Shown here: piece after piece, positions 12,261 through 25,789 of the stretch
How positions within the stretch are numbered: position 1 is the stretch's first letter
Layout: every line of letters starts with the position of its first letter
Assembly (NCBI RefSeq): GCF_947568905.1
Contig: NC_079166.1
Span: 65,162,001 to 65,226,000 of the forward strand
Source of the DNA: Ostrea edulis
Lineage: Eukaryota
DNA length: 64,000 nucleotides
Reading direction: 5' to 3'
Position numbers and translations under genes: made by a program
Notes under the pieces: generated by a model
Databases searched by the model: none
What the model was told of the DNA's origin: nothing
What the model saw: the letters and a program-made list of their open reading frames with translations, nothing else

Positions 12261-15101
12261 TTAATAAATCTGAAAACCAGAGAAAGTCATGATTGGAACT
12301 GATTGAGAATAATATCCTGATCCACTATTTCTTTTTACATATACCCTATCACCGCGCTGTAGATGAAGGAGAACCATGTTTGCGGCGTTCTGGTATATAT
12401 TAAAGGAGGGTGATCCAGTTATATACGCCATTGTTTTCACTTTGGCGTTGTCATTATGAACAATATCGAAATATACGTATTTTTTATTATAAGATTGTGC
12501 TGAAAGAAAGAATACGAAATGTCCCTCAGAAGGAGAAGTGAAAATCCCTGTTTTTGAATTGTATCCATCTCCTTCGTTGTAGAGAATTGTTGAGAACACT
12601 AGCGTGCTTCCGCTCCAGCTACCACTGCTAGATGGCATTCCAACCGTAAAACCAATTTTCCCCTTTTGATCTGTGAAATAAAATTTACAAATTTCGATGC
12701 AAATTTAAGTGGTCATTAAAACCTGGACGTGGTAAATGGAATAACACAGTGATAGTTAGCCATCTCATTAATTAATTGACCGGTGCTTTGTTAAAAAGTA
12801 TCTTTTTAACATTTGTCTTACATAGAGCACATCGATGCATGCAGTTCAAATTCAAAGTTCTAAATGAGGTGGATGTAAAGTTGAAATGTCAAACAAAAAA
12901 TGACACGTACCACAACTGTTGCTGGAGAAGTTAATTCGGAAAACCTCCAGGGATGACACGGAGGCCGACAATTTCAATTGTTCAAACTGCATCTGTCTTA
13001 ATTCTGCCCTCAATTTGTCTATTGTTTTGTTAACGTTCCCTAAAACATACCATTACATATGAATAAATAGTAAATTTCATCACAATAAATATAATCCTGT
13101 TACACATGCTGACTATATTGGTTTCGTGTATACATATACAAGTATTTAGATTGAACATCGCATTTGATGCCGGTACAGCAATATGTATCTTTGAGTTCTG
13201 ATATATTTTAATTCACTTTATATTTTATCTAAATTATCTATCATGCCACTGATTAAAAAGTAACATTATCCTTGTTATAACATATGATAAAAGGGTTTAG
13301 AAGATTACGTAATTTCTAATTTCTAAACCTTTGTTACAAATTGCTATTAGGATATAATCATCATAACGAAATTTGCAATGTATAAAACAGATGATAGAAT
13401 TCTGAAATAGGGGAGAAGAGTAATGAATGGAGTAATGAATTGGCAAAATAATGTGGGACAAAAACAACAGTAAGATGCAGAACAAAAATGTCTGAACTTT
13501 TCACCGTGAGGTGAGGTGACGGAGATTATTAGAATGCATGTTTATAGCTTGTTTACAAGATCATGAGGGTGAAATCGATTTTGGTCAGAGGAAACGTGTA
13601 ACCAATCGGAGTGTAAGAAATCAGTCACCAGAGGTCAAGCATTTATATATATTATTTACAAGAAAAATGAAATTAAAAATTATGCAAAACCTTAGAAGTA
13701 AAGTTGAGTATGCAACGCTAAACTATAGATTTTTCAAGGAAATAATTGTGTTGGCTTTGAGTTTGAATTAAAAGCCAATGTCAATATTACAGATTATTAA
13801 GATATAACAAATATGGTAAGGAATTTTGGAGGATGTACGGGGGTATAAATACGAGGAACAGAGACAGAATTCTTCATTAGCTGAACAGAACTTTGTCTTT
13901 GGCCTTTCATTTATACAGGTAAGATATTAAGTATAATTGCGCATTTCTGAAATAACTTTTTAATTTTTCAGATGGTTTCGCTAAATTTTGTGTGTGAACT
14001 TTTATATTAATGCTTGTAATTATCATTGTATATTGTATAATATAAATTGTAATCAATAATTATAATGATGAAATGTTTAATTTCTTTAATAAAAAAGAGT
14101 AGCTGAACAGAACCTTGTCTTTGGCCTTTCATTTATACAGGTTGAACGAGATAGAGCTACTCCGTTCGGCCTGTGAACACACAAAGATCCCTGGTACCTA
14201 ATAAATATTTGCATATCACGCTTTGTGCCATAGCTGACTCCAAAATACTTCTTCCCCCAAACTTGTGTATGAGCTATTACGAAGTTCGAGTCAGTTATGG
14301 GGCGAAATAGGATATGATGTCACACTTAAAGTGAATTAGAGAGGAACAAAAATGCTATATTCTACCCTCGACATCTGAAGACATCAAAGAATATCCTTTC
14401 TCTATGGCTGCTATGGTGTTGTTTAAATGTTCCTGTTTCTTGTTAGATGCTACTAAATTGCCCTCAACCTTCATCAAAGACTTGTTCAAACGTTTAGATA
14501 TATTATTGTACATTTCTTCAACGCGTCCAGGAATCTCTTTTCGTATTTCTCTGGTACTTTCGTTCAAATCAAAGAGTGTAATTGACAGATATCGAACTTC
14601 AGTTTTAGTATCTGTTAAAATTTGAGACATGTTTTTCTCAAATATTTCCCTTTCCTCGCTAAATCTGCGTTGAAATTGTTTTCGATCGTTCCTGATTTCT
14701 TCTAAGTTTTTAATGATATCACTACTTTGATTACTGATACCATCGGTCTTTCCTTTCAGTTTCTGATTGTCCTGCAGCAGTTGTTTATTTTCATCCTTCA
14801 GTGTTTTTATTTCCTGTTCGGTTGTCTGCTTTAAATTAGAGAGACCGTTTTCGGCAATCGATAAACTCTGCTTCAATGTAAGCATGTCTTTCATCAGAGC
14901 GTGTACATTTTTTACTAAAGTCATCCTTATAAGCGTTTCTTGGTTCAAAAGCTGTCGGAAAATTTCGACATTATTAATGTCGCTGGCAGAAACTTCCATT
15001 TTTGTAGCATTCTTTACTTCGTCTGTCACAAGTGATACCCCCTCCATTACTTGGATCGGGATGACCGAAACCAAATACACACAGAGGAGCGGTGATAACA
15101 T
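12261..15101 (-). CDS. C1qDC gene B: secreted coiled-coil + C1q domain protein, ~424 aa; join(complement 14366..15101, 12911..13039, 12261..12670)
   Basis: Signal peptide MLSPLLCVYLVSVIPIQVMEG; RQLLNQETLIRMTLVKNVHAL motif shared with gene A; donor GAGG|gtagaa. The 129-bp exon 2 (gttttag|...TGTG|gtacgt) reads [16 protein letters not shown]. Exon 3 after tatttcacag| encodes a C1q domain ending TFSGFQIY. 736+129+410=1275 nt is an intact frame. Confidence 0.9.
13878..14142. repeat. 43-bp direct repeat (13878-13920 and 14100-14142) flanking a 179-bp AT-rich segment
   Basis: tagctgaacagaac(t/c)ttgtctttggcctttcatttatacaggt occurs twice with one mismatch. Confidence 0.85.
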
Positions 15102-17819
15102 TTCAAAAGATTCAAACTGGAAAGCTTAGAGTTATTCCTACTGAATATTCGCATCTAAATGACAGGTCTGACACTAATGTGTGTGTATATATAGTTTCAT
15201 TAGTTCGTAGTGTATTCTAGTCTCTGATTGGTTAAATAGAAACTAGGATATGCAATTTATTTTGTATAATATGGTTTAGTATGGGGACACACACACCCCC
15301 GACAACCAGCATCCGGAACTACTTTTCTCACTTTCGTTTTGATTTCTATAAAATAGAAAGTCAATGTGTACAATAACATACTTCTGTTTAATACACAGAC
15401 TTTTCTCTCGATGCTAAGCAAGACGTATTTAGAATCTATCTATGCTACATGTACTTGAATAATAGATTAAAACAAATTAGATATTATATTCGAATTAATG
15501 GTATACCGAGTACATTCTATATTTGTAAATTTTGCCCTATTCATTTTAAAATACATTTCTTACTGGGGAGAGGGATATGTTTGATGCGTCACAATTTAAC
15601 AGATGACGTCACCTCACAATTGACTTGTGGATCGCGATTAATCGGGCCGCGCAAGAGCGCAGTCTAGACGGCATTAGCCTAGACGGAATCGACAAAAGTG
15701 ATCGAAGTGGTAAACTAAATAGACTTTGATGTCACAGAAAAGAAAACGCGGGAAAATATATCATCCGGTAAATAGTTTCGAGACTATTTCTCGAGGGTGA
15801 GATAGTTTAGAAACTATTTCACGACTAGCGTTATCCAGAAGAAATAGCAAATCCATTCACCTAACATTTATATAGCAAAAACATTCTGAGGTATAATAAA
15901 TATATAATTATATTAATATTCAAGCATTCCCAAATAGCCCTGTTTGAATACTAAAATTGGAAATAAGTGAATTATTTTTATTTCTTTTTTCGGATTTACC
16001 AAACTCGCCCGTTTTCATTATTTCATATAATTTGTAAGAGTTGTAGAACTTTGTTTACGTGGCGTCATCGTATGAACGGGAATGTTTACAGATCTGATGC
16101 TGCTATTTATTTGCTTAGGGAATGTTACCTTATACTGAAGTAAGTTTGTTTTTTTTACCGTTTCCCATCTGTTTAGCATCTATAAGTCGTTGAAAAACGT
16201 CGGAAGATATTGGTTCTGCTTTTCTCGTTTTATTGCCAAGTCCTCGGGATTTTAGATTTCAGAAATCGTTTTAATTTTCTACATCAAAATTACCGTAAAT
16301 TAACATTTTGATCTCCATTAGGACCGGGAATTTCTAATAATGCTTTAGTATCACCCTCCATAATCCTCCTACTGTTTTCTGTCGCCTAGAACGCTGATTG
16401 TTTTTAAATGAAGTTAAACGTGTTATTGTTCTAAATAAACAATTGTTACTTGGGTTACCCCCCTTTGCTTAGATACTCACTACAATTTAGCGCTGTTTTT
16501 GAAAACGTTTTTATTTAATTCTTCTGCTTAAATTAAATTTTGTCGTGGAAGAAAGCATTATATTTGAAAAAAATTTGTGTCTAACATATTTTTTTCATGT
16601 AGTTATGTTGGATTTCAAAAGATTAAAGAAGAAATAGCCATTTGAAATTCGAGGGCGAGACAGCCCCTTGACAACGGGCCGAGACAGAGATATCTCGGCC
16701 CTTAGGGCGAGACAGCCCTACCTACTTGCAGCTGTCTCACCCTAGCCAAGATAGGTGTATCAGGGCTGATACACTACTAGGTATATGATATATTATCAAT
16801 TGACATGGGGATTTCACATGGGTGGAGGCAAGTCTACTTTTAATTCACATGGGGGTAGATCTATTTATGATTCACATGGGCATAGGGGCATAAGATATAC
16901 ACGTATATATGCTTTCCGCACCGTATCTTTACGGTTATCATCATCTTATTATATTATACACTTCTGAAGATATTTTAAAATCAGCCCTTAAATATCCAAA
17001 CTTGCTAAACAAAATCATTTCATTTCTTTGGTAAATTGTACATGTGTAATTAATATGTCTCAGGGCGTGACCGTGTTTGAGGGTGAAGCAAAAAGTATTG
17101 GCATTAGTATCTATATCCAAAACAGGACCAAAAACAACCCGAAGTTAGCACAAGGACAGAGTTCTATCAAAGTATCCAATTTTGGACATATGATCCGCCT
17201 GTATACTGAACGCAGGAAATATAACGCGATTGATGTAAATAGTCATTGTGACGTCATATTCAGTGTCGTTATTTAACAAATTTGCAAACATAGGAGACAA
17301 CTCAGATATGGCACAATCGTGTTAATCGATGAGTGATTATATATTATTAAGAAAATAAGATTTACATGCTTTTACGGATTTCATGTAACATCTCAGAACG
17401 ACGTGAACTACATGTCCACGCGCTAATATTCAAATCGACGTCATTAGGACCAAAATTTTAAAAGTTCCATAGGTATGGTTTAATTTTTCATTAGTTTTTT
17501 TTTTTTATATTTTCCTTTTAAACATGTATATACGTGTTACCTAAAGGGAGAGTTCCGCCCTTCGGGCCGTGAAAGGGCTTCGCCCTCTATTATCTGTGTC
17601 ATATCATTTCAATTTTTAATCACTGTAACATTCGCAGTTTTCGTCATACTTTTTGACTGCACATCTACATTGCACCTAAACTGTATGCATAATATACAGT
17701 GAATTATGAATGCAATCCATGTTTTCCCCCATTGTATCTCAGTCATATTGTCACTGCCACCTGGGTGTTATGTAGTCCCTATCCCGATTCATACTACTGA
17801 CAAACAAGTTGATGGCACA

Positions 17820-18139
17820 GCATTCTGCAAATTCTATAGTCGTTATAATGATCTAGTTTGCCAATACAGCCTAGCATTGGGTAAAATGCTGCCTGGCGTT
17901 ATTCATACCGATTGTTAGACCGTTCTTGGCACACTGATTTTGACTATGGATAACTCCGTTTACCTGATCAGGATTTAGGGCTCACTGCGAGTGTGACCGG
18001 TCGACAGGGGATGCTTACTTCTCCTAGGCACCTGATCCAACCTCTGGTGTGTCCAGGGGTCTGTGTTTGCCCAGCTATCTAATTTGTATTGCTTATAGAA
18101 GTTATGAGATTAATCACTGTTCGTTATCTTCGCCTTTCA
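17820..18139 (+). mobile_element. Penelope-like retroelement 3' end (RT C-terminus AFCKFYSRYNDLVCQY… plus 3' UTR)
   Basis: Same sequence family as the RT-bearing copy at 62.9-64 kb; ends ...cgttatcttcgcctttca. Confidence 0.7.
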
Positions 18140-18171
18140 AACTCCATGACGTAATGCATTTTTTGCCTAAT

Positions 18172-18448
18172 CCCGTGGGGATCCGGGTTAGAATAGGTCC
18201 TCAGTACCCTTTGCTTGTCGTAAAAGGCGACTAAATGGGGCGGTCCTTCGGATGAGACAGCAAAAACCGAGGTCCCGTGTCACAGCAGGTGTGTCACGAT
18301 CAAAATCCCCCCTGTCCGATGGCCTTAAGCGCCGAGCATAGGGCTAAATTTTGCAGCCCTGACCTTCACTGGCGGAGGTGACGTCTCCATATATGAGTGA
18401 AATATTCTCGAGAGAGACGTTAAGCTGTATTCAAACAATCAATCAAAC
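18172..18448 (+). mobile_element. SINE-like non-autonomous retroelement (CCCGTGGGGATCCGGGTTAGAATAGG… family), near full length
   Basis: Defined 5' end CCCGTGGGG, central GTGTCACGATCAAAATCCC, tail (CAAT)n. Homologous copies at ~31700-31770, 42128-42336 and 54203-54420. Confidence 0.75.
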
Positions 18449-19088
18449 ATTCTTTGCCTTTAATTGATATAGTCCTTTTGCTATTCCCCTTCCTTTATCA
18501 GAATTCTTGGGGCTGTGGACACAAACCCCTGCTGTGCCTCCGGTCCAATAATTTGACCTATCTCTAATTAAACCGAAGATTAGTGGAGTTAAATCAAAGA
18601 TAGGTGTTTATACTTGTACTTTATGACATATCCACAAAATATTTCAGATTTAATTCAGTTACATCTACTTATAAATCAAATATTTTCCACTATTTGGACT
18701 TATCTGCAACGTAATTGGACTTGTCTAATTGACTTTATACTATTCAGTTGAAAGAACCTGATATTATGATTGAAGCTATCATTTATCAAGAAAGTCTTTG
18801 ATTACTTATGCCTATCTTCAATTATTTGAAGATGGGTCTAATTAATGAAAATTAATTTAAATATTGCAAAACATGAAATATTTCTACACACAATATTCAC
18901 AAATATTTGACACTATCTTAAAAAATAATTAAAGAAAGGGTCAAATTCTATTAAAGATGGGTCTCAATTACTAACATTAACCGGGAAAAAACCCATTCAA
19001 AATAGAATTTTACATGCTAAAAACCATTGCATATGATATCAGCACTCGGGCCCCCATATCAACCATCAGGATACACACATACACACAC

Positions 19089-19143
<55 letters not shown>

Positions 19144-19148
<5 letters not shown>

Positions 19149-19173
19149 CCCGGTTGAAATGCTTAGGATTCAA

Positions 19174-19240
<67 letters not shown>

Positions 19241-19667
19241 TAGCAATGAATTCTTAAATGAGCATAACTGCCCTAAGTGAAGATATATTTAATACAAAGC
19301 ACAGAAACTTTCACTTCATTTGGATACCCACTTCCGCCCCTACCGCCCGCCTGAACTCACGACCTGCGGAACCAAATCTCCTAGCAGCATGTAACCAGCG
19401 CAATAGACCGCTCGACCATCTAAGCAAGTCTATATATATATACGATGAAAATATTTTCATGAGAGTACATTATTGTTATACAATGAGATCACTCTTATTG
19501 TGGTATCAAGACGGATTTTTTTCTGTTACCAGTTAGATTTATAGTTTTGGTCGAGGATAAGATTTTGATTAATACATTTACATATTTAGTGTAGAAACCA
19601 CCCATGCTGACTTGTCATATCATAATCAATATCACTTTTGAATCCTAAGCATTTCAACCGGGAATTT
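19144..19667. mobile_element. MITE with ~30-bp perfect TIRs and TA target duplication (Tc1/mariner-like)
   Basis: ta|AAATTCCCGGTTGAAATGCTTAGGATTCAA … TTGAATCCTAAGCATTTCAACCGGGAATTT|ta; inserted at the edge of a (TA)n tract and containing another (TA)n tract. Confidence 0.8.
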
Positions 19668-19789
19668 TACACCTCTATCATTAATCAGTTGTTCTTAACT
19701 TGTCTTTAAGGATCTTCAAAATGCTTCCAGTAAATATCTACATAACAATGTTTTACTGTCTAAAATAATTAGAACTTCAAGTCTTACAT

Positions 19790-20050
19790 ATCATACAATT
19801 AATGACCCATTTGAAACCACATCTTGACTATTTCGTAGTGGTGTCCTTGGATAATGCACTTGAACATGTCTGTTGCACTGATAAGAAATTGCGTCGATCC
19901 CCGATATTTGCTTTAGTTGTCCGTGGAACGACTCGTGGTGACATGTGCAAAAGGTTATCGGACGACCTTCTTTGGAGTACAAATTTTGTGATTGGTGGAG
20001 AGATTGACCAATCAAAGAAACAAGGAAGTTGATGTCGAGTCTTATCAAAA
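19790..20050 (-). mobile_element. Probable decayed LINE (L2/CR1) 3' coding end
   Basis: Minus frame VVPRTTKANIGDRRNF…ALSKDTTT…GFK resembles the VPRT…GDRAF…LWNxLP…FK terminal motif of L2/CR1 ORF2. Confidence 0.35.
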
Positions 20051-21866
20051 GACGTTCCTGTGCTTTGTAACTTATATATGAAATATAGTGTTTACAAAGG
20101 TCAAGATTATTTCAGTCGTCGTACAAGATATACATTGTACATCAATTTCATTTCTTACTCATTAAAAGCTTTCAATGTACAATGGTGTCTAAGTGTTTTA
20201 GGTCAACAAAATGATTGATAAGAGTTAGTGCCGGTTCGTCCGTTATCAGTGTGCAGTTGACGAAGAAACTATCCAATTTTTATCAATTTATCCTTATTTG
20301 TGATTGGTATGAACACTTCTGAGAGTTGTATAATAACATGATTATCATTGTCTACTTTACAAAACACCCCAAATCAGAACATTATCAGTATAGCTACATA
20401 TACTCGCTTCCATGTAACGTTTTGTGGCAACAGCATGCATCTAGTTATAATGAACTTTAGGACCTTTATTATGGAAATTGTGAAATTGAAGACCATGGGG
20501 GTCAGGATTTTAGACATACGTGGGAGCTATATACTCAAAAAAGGAATTCATGAATTAAGAATGCAAACAAATAGTTTACGGTTTACAGCTGGGAAACTAA
20601 CTGGCTTCATGGTTATATTAAGAAGAAAAAATTCATTTTTTGAAAATACATTAGGGTATGAACTGCGACGGACTTCATGAAGAGCATTATACCTTCATGA
20701 AAAGTGTGCTGACGAGAAGTGTTGCGGTTCATAACCTCATGTTTTTTTAAATAAAGGTTTATTTTTATATTTACAATCTACTTTCATTTCTGTCGAAATT
20801 CTCAGACGTTGAACTATAGACGTACTATATTTATCAAGATTCAAAAGCGAATTGTTCATACATGTATAAATGCAACGCTTTCATGAGAGAATATCTACAG
20901 TATCATTACAACATTTCCAGATTGGAAATGTAAACATAAAACAAAATGTTTGCATGGTTTTACGTACTTTTAAGTCTTTTTCACTTACATTGATAAATTA
21001 CCAACTGTAGGTGAAGTACCACAAATTTTGACATACAATGTATGCATGGTGTACAAAACCGCTTCAGTGATCATTTTATTCAATGAATTAAATATGTATA
21101 GCAGTGAGGATTAGTAATCATGCTAACGCCTGCTGCGACACGAAGCCTCGTTTTCAAAGTGTCATCCGAAAGCAACAATACGGAAGTCTCTATCACAATA
21201 CTGAGTTAATGATGAGGTCTAAGGGTGAATCGATGTGGATTTGATAATACTGGAAATGCTTATCAATTTGCTACACAAAAAAATTGTGAAATAAATGCGT
21301 TTAGAATCAACCCCCAATATTCGTCATATATACTGTATCAAATCATTGAAAAGTTAGATAAAAATAGAGCGGATAAACTTGTATGTAATGAACAGTGAGG
21401 CGAGCTAGTGTGAACTACTTATCCCTCGGTCACGGGTTCAGGCCTCATGTAGCAGGCTTAATGAAAATGAATTATTAGTCATTCCTAAAACAAATTAACA
21501 AATAAGTTGGATGCCTGTCAATTGTAGGTAACAAACTTGTGAAATTTCATGAATTCTGGATCAGGAGTTCAACACACTGAGCCAAAGTTTTTGTATTTCG
21601 CATGGACTGAAAATATAGTGAAAGTCAATTCACCAAGCGTAGAAAATCACCATGTACACATGTTTTATGATTTATCAGTGTTAGTCTACGATGATTTAGT
21701 TGACAGTGAGAGTAAGCCTGTTTTATATACATGCCTCCTACACAGACAATGAAATACATCTCATGCTTTCATCGCTGGTTCAGTCTGTAAAAATCACAAT
21801 AAACTATAATGATTTCTGCAAAAATCGTTTATTTACAAACGAAACTTGATTTGTTATACAGTTGTT

Positions 21867-23502
21867 TTATGGGTGGGTTGTATGGTTATAGGGTGGGATA
21901 TTATGCAACTCTTTATACTCGGGACATCTCGGGATGTATTCCTCAATATAATGCTCAACCGTGTCAAGAATTGTATCACAGACACCTTGTATTCTTATGG
22001 GAAATGCGCTTCTCTGACAGGTATCTCTTTTCTCACGGAGCCACACAAGTGTTTCACACATACAATCCAATCTGTTTTCATTTAGAAGCACGTGTTCTAT
22101 GCAAGGCCATACAGAGTTAATCGCTTTAGGTACTGTTGTCAATTGTGTATATCTGAAATCTAGAGTTTTCAGTCTAGGTACTCTGCCAAACGCTTTTTCA
22201 GATATATATTTCAAGGAAGAATTCTGAACAATGAAATGTTCTAAATATCGGAGGTCCTGCAAGTCGTTCTCATCAATTGTTTCTATATCATTGAGGGACA
22301 AATCTAAATCTTTCAAATATCGAATTTCAGAAAGAGCAGCGGGAACTCTCAGAAGGGAACAGTTTCGTAAAGTTAGATTAGTCACAGTTCTTAAATCACC
22401 AACATTCAAATCACTTAAATATCTTAGATTATTGTCATCAATACTAAAATTTTTCAAAGCTGGTAGGTAGATTAAAACTCGGGGAAATTGAGTCAGAGAA
22501 TCGCCATTCAATGACAAAGTCTCCAAGTAAGGGGACTTTAATGGAAAAGACTGAATCAAAATTCCGCGATCTGTGACGTAACGATTCTGATCAAAGTGTA
22601 GCTCTTTTAGATGTTTTAGTTTGCTAATTCCAAGCGGAACTGCAAGCAGATGTGTGTTCTTGATGTTCAAATACTGAAGCGTAGTCTCGAATCCATGAAA
22701 ACTTTCAGCTGAGATGTCACGGACAAATCGACTTAGACCGTCTACAGCAAGTTTATTTAGTATCGGTAAGTGATGTAGCGATGTCGGCCATGATGTCAAA
22801 TATTCATTTCCAATTCTAAGGTCGGTCAGTGAATCACCAAGAGCATGCATCACACTCTCTGTATAATCAGTACCACGAATCATAGGGTTGTGAGTAACAT
22901 CTAGTGTTTGTAAGACAGCGAGTTCTTCCAGCGATTTCGGTAACTTTGTAAATTTGTTGTAACTCAAATCGAGCACTAGAAGAGTGTTCTGAACATCTTC
23001 AAACGCAAGTGAACTGATATTTTGTAAGAGATTTCCTTGCAAGTAAATTTCTTTGAAATGTGTTCCCTTAAATGTTTGAGACGGGATGCTTCGAATTTGG
23101 TTAAAGGATATATCGAAGTAGTCATATGATGTGGAGAAAGTGGGATCCGGAGGGAATGCTGGGACAGACGAGAGATTTCTATGGCTACAGTCTACATATC
23201 TATCCCGACAAGAGCAGTATGAAGCAAGACCTCCGGGACATTGTGCGGTTACTATCACAGGAAGTCCGAGGAAACATGTAAAAATCAGCACAGGAAACTG
23301 AAACGAAATTTCCGGATTTATCAAGTCAATATATTTTGAAACATTTTATTGTTGTTATACTTTAGAATTGTTTAATTTGATGATTGAAACTAAATGTAGA
23401 TTGAAAAGAAAGTTTGATGTACAATGTATTTCGTCCGTGCATCAAACACATTAATTATATCAAAATCATTTGCGTATAGTTTCATACCTTGCAGAGTTCC
23501 AT
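21867..23502 (-). CDS. Secreted LRR-only protein 1 (LRRNT, ~15 LRR, Cys-rich C-cap), ~481 aa; join(complement 23488..23502, 21867..23297)
   Basis: Start exon ATG GAA CTC TGC AAG|gtatga; acceptor tttcgtttcag| phase 0, giving MELCKFPVLIFTCFLGLPVIVTA/QCPGG…CSC…VDC. LxxLxLxxN repeats and a DCMCETLVWL C-cap follow; no TM segment before the stop. AATAAA on the minus strand about 35 nt after the stop. Confidence 0.9.
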
Positions 23503-25789
23503 ATTCTCCTTCCTATCGTTTGGATGATAACAGACTGACAATATTAATAGTCAACTAAAAAGAAAAAGCTGCTTAAATTCGTCGAAGGTAAACACCTAAA
23601 TAAACATACCTAAATTGTCTCGAAATTCAAGCACTCTATGTTGAGAAAGAGATATCTTAGATGCCTCGTTTATCTAACGCTTAGCCTGATTAGATTACGT
23701 AAGCACCACATGCAACATTTTTGAATTTCTTTATGAATATAAAATCGTCTTTGTTTGTAACTTACACGTACGATTGAATATCTCCAGTAGATTATAATAT
23801 GTCTCTATAGAAACTGAGGATAAAACCCCATACTTCCTTTTAATAAAGAAATACACATGTATATGCATATGTATTTCTTTCGGATAAAATCACTTATCCC
23901 AGATTCACATTAAAAACGTACACCATCCTGCATCATCAAACCAAATCATAATTTATCACGAAAGCATATCTGAATTTGTCATCAAACCATATCAACATTA
24001 GCACGTATATCAGAAGACTTTGCTATCAAAGCATATCATCATCTAATACATATTATCAAAGTATATCGATATTTATCACCAAAGCATGTATCAATATTTA
24101 CCATAATTACATATGTACTTGCAATGAAAGCATTTACAAGCATTCAATATTAGAATTTGCTAATATGCTAACAATATTGATTTTTGTAATATGTACACGA
24201 CAACAGTACATGCACCGAAATGATCACCTGCATCACTGTATCAATTGACACACGAGTGCTAATCATTGAGGAGACTAGAAGATCTGGACCTGACTCCACA
24301 GGACGATTCTTGTATATCTACACTCGTACAATATGTAGTCCGTATAACTGGCACAAATATTGTTTTAATTTTTCTCCCTGTAGTTTACATTTTAGATACC
24401 GTATTCAGCACAGAAAAGTATATTGCAACAGAGTTTAAGCCTATAAACTTCATTCCATAAATGATTACACTTATATTATGCAGTAGGCGTATCCAGGCAA
24501 TAGAAAATGTTTTTTCCTGTATGGTTTACGGATCCACTCTGATTTTTATCGCGCGTTGAACGAAATTTGTAGGGCATGTCATTTCCGGATTACAATAACA
24601 ACTAAGTAAACAAGCATGGGATACTTCAATTGCTATTTTCAAAGAAAGGAATCACTAAAACCATTTATAGGAAAATACATTTGATTAAATTATGTGAGTT
24701 GGCAAGGAGAATAGATAAATGGAATATCTTGAGGATATCGGTAAAACCTCACGCCTTCCATCCAAGGATACACGTCTAAATGCGCATTTTCCTTCAATCT
24801 AATTTACACCAAGATACTAAGCACCAATAGTGACTTGGATCGTCATCGTGGGATTGCGCATATCTATTTACGGATCGTCTTCTAGCGAAACCCCAGTTGT
24901 CTCGATGTCAACTTTGCCCTACAATTGCTTACTATCGGGTGACCGCGGTGTGTAAACGTCAAGTCTAATCGGTTGTTCCGGCACATCCCGAAAGTTCTGT
25001 ATTGTGGGAAGCCTTGGAACCAGGAACCATAGTTTAAATAAACTAAGATAACATTACTTGTATGTGCTACAAGAGAATCTTACATAGTAATTTACAACGA
25101 CTTCCTTTCGTTATCTTGAATGTTTTCCCCCAAAAAATCCCCCTTTTAATTTGCTATCCACATATATGCGTCCACCTTGATTTCGAAAAAAAAACAAAAA
25201 CCTCTACGTGAATGAAAGATGAAGATAATGAACAGTGACCCTCTCCACTTGTATGCGTCCACCTTGATTTCGAAAAAACAAACCTATACGTGAATGAAAG
25301 ATGAAGATAATGAACAGTGACCAATCTCATAACTCCTATAAGCAATACAAATCTATCACTATGATGGTGCGCTCTGATAAATCCAATAAATCGAAGACGT
25401 TTGGTTCTTGAGAAAGGTTTTAAAAAAAACAAAATATCCTTTCTATTTCTGTGTGTAATACTTTGGATTCTGATCATGGTCTACCCTGGTCCGACTTCCA
25501 TGGTTTGTTTCTAATTCTGAATTTACTCGTACATTGAGATTCAGGATTTCAAGGACAAGTTGTTCTAGGGAAGATTTTAAAATTAATTTCACAATATCCC
25601 AATTAACTACCCCCTGGAAAGAGGCAAGAGGTTGAAGGGTCCTCTGAATTTGCTTTATTTATTGATAGGTGGACTTTGTGACAAGATACATATGAAATAC
25701 CAAGAGGTTCTGAGAAGTCGGAAATGTGTATACTACATCGACATAATGGCGGACGTCCTTTTTGAAACATGAATGATGTTGGTTAGTTG

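Noticed and set aside
17940-18060. Hammerhead ribozyme or SECIS in the Penelope-like 3' UTR
   Set aside because: CTGATCA and CTGATCC do not fit the CUGANGA…GAAA core, and I could not identify a SECIS quartet by eye.
19027-19257. ORFs with YIYIYI runs (also 41720-41928)
   Set aside because: They are translations of (TA)n microsatellites.
22231-22470. Antisense ORFs within LRR and C1qDC exons (e.g. 8653-8970, 14767-15129, 30321-30581, 36546-36815, 37278-37565)
   Set aside because: Shadow frames of real coding exons; Ser/Phe/Leu-rich with no independent signals.
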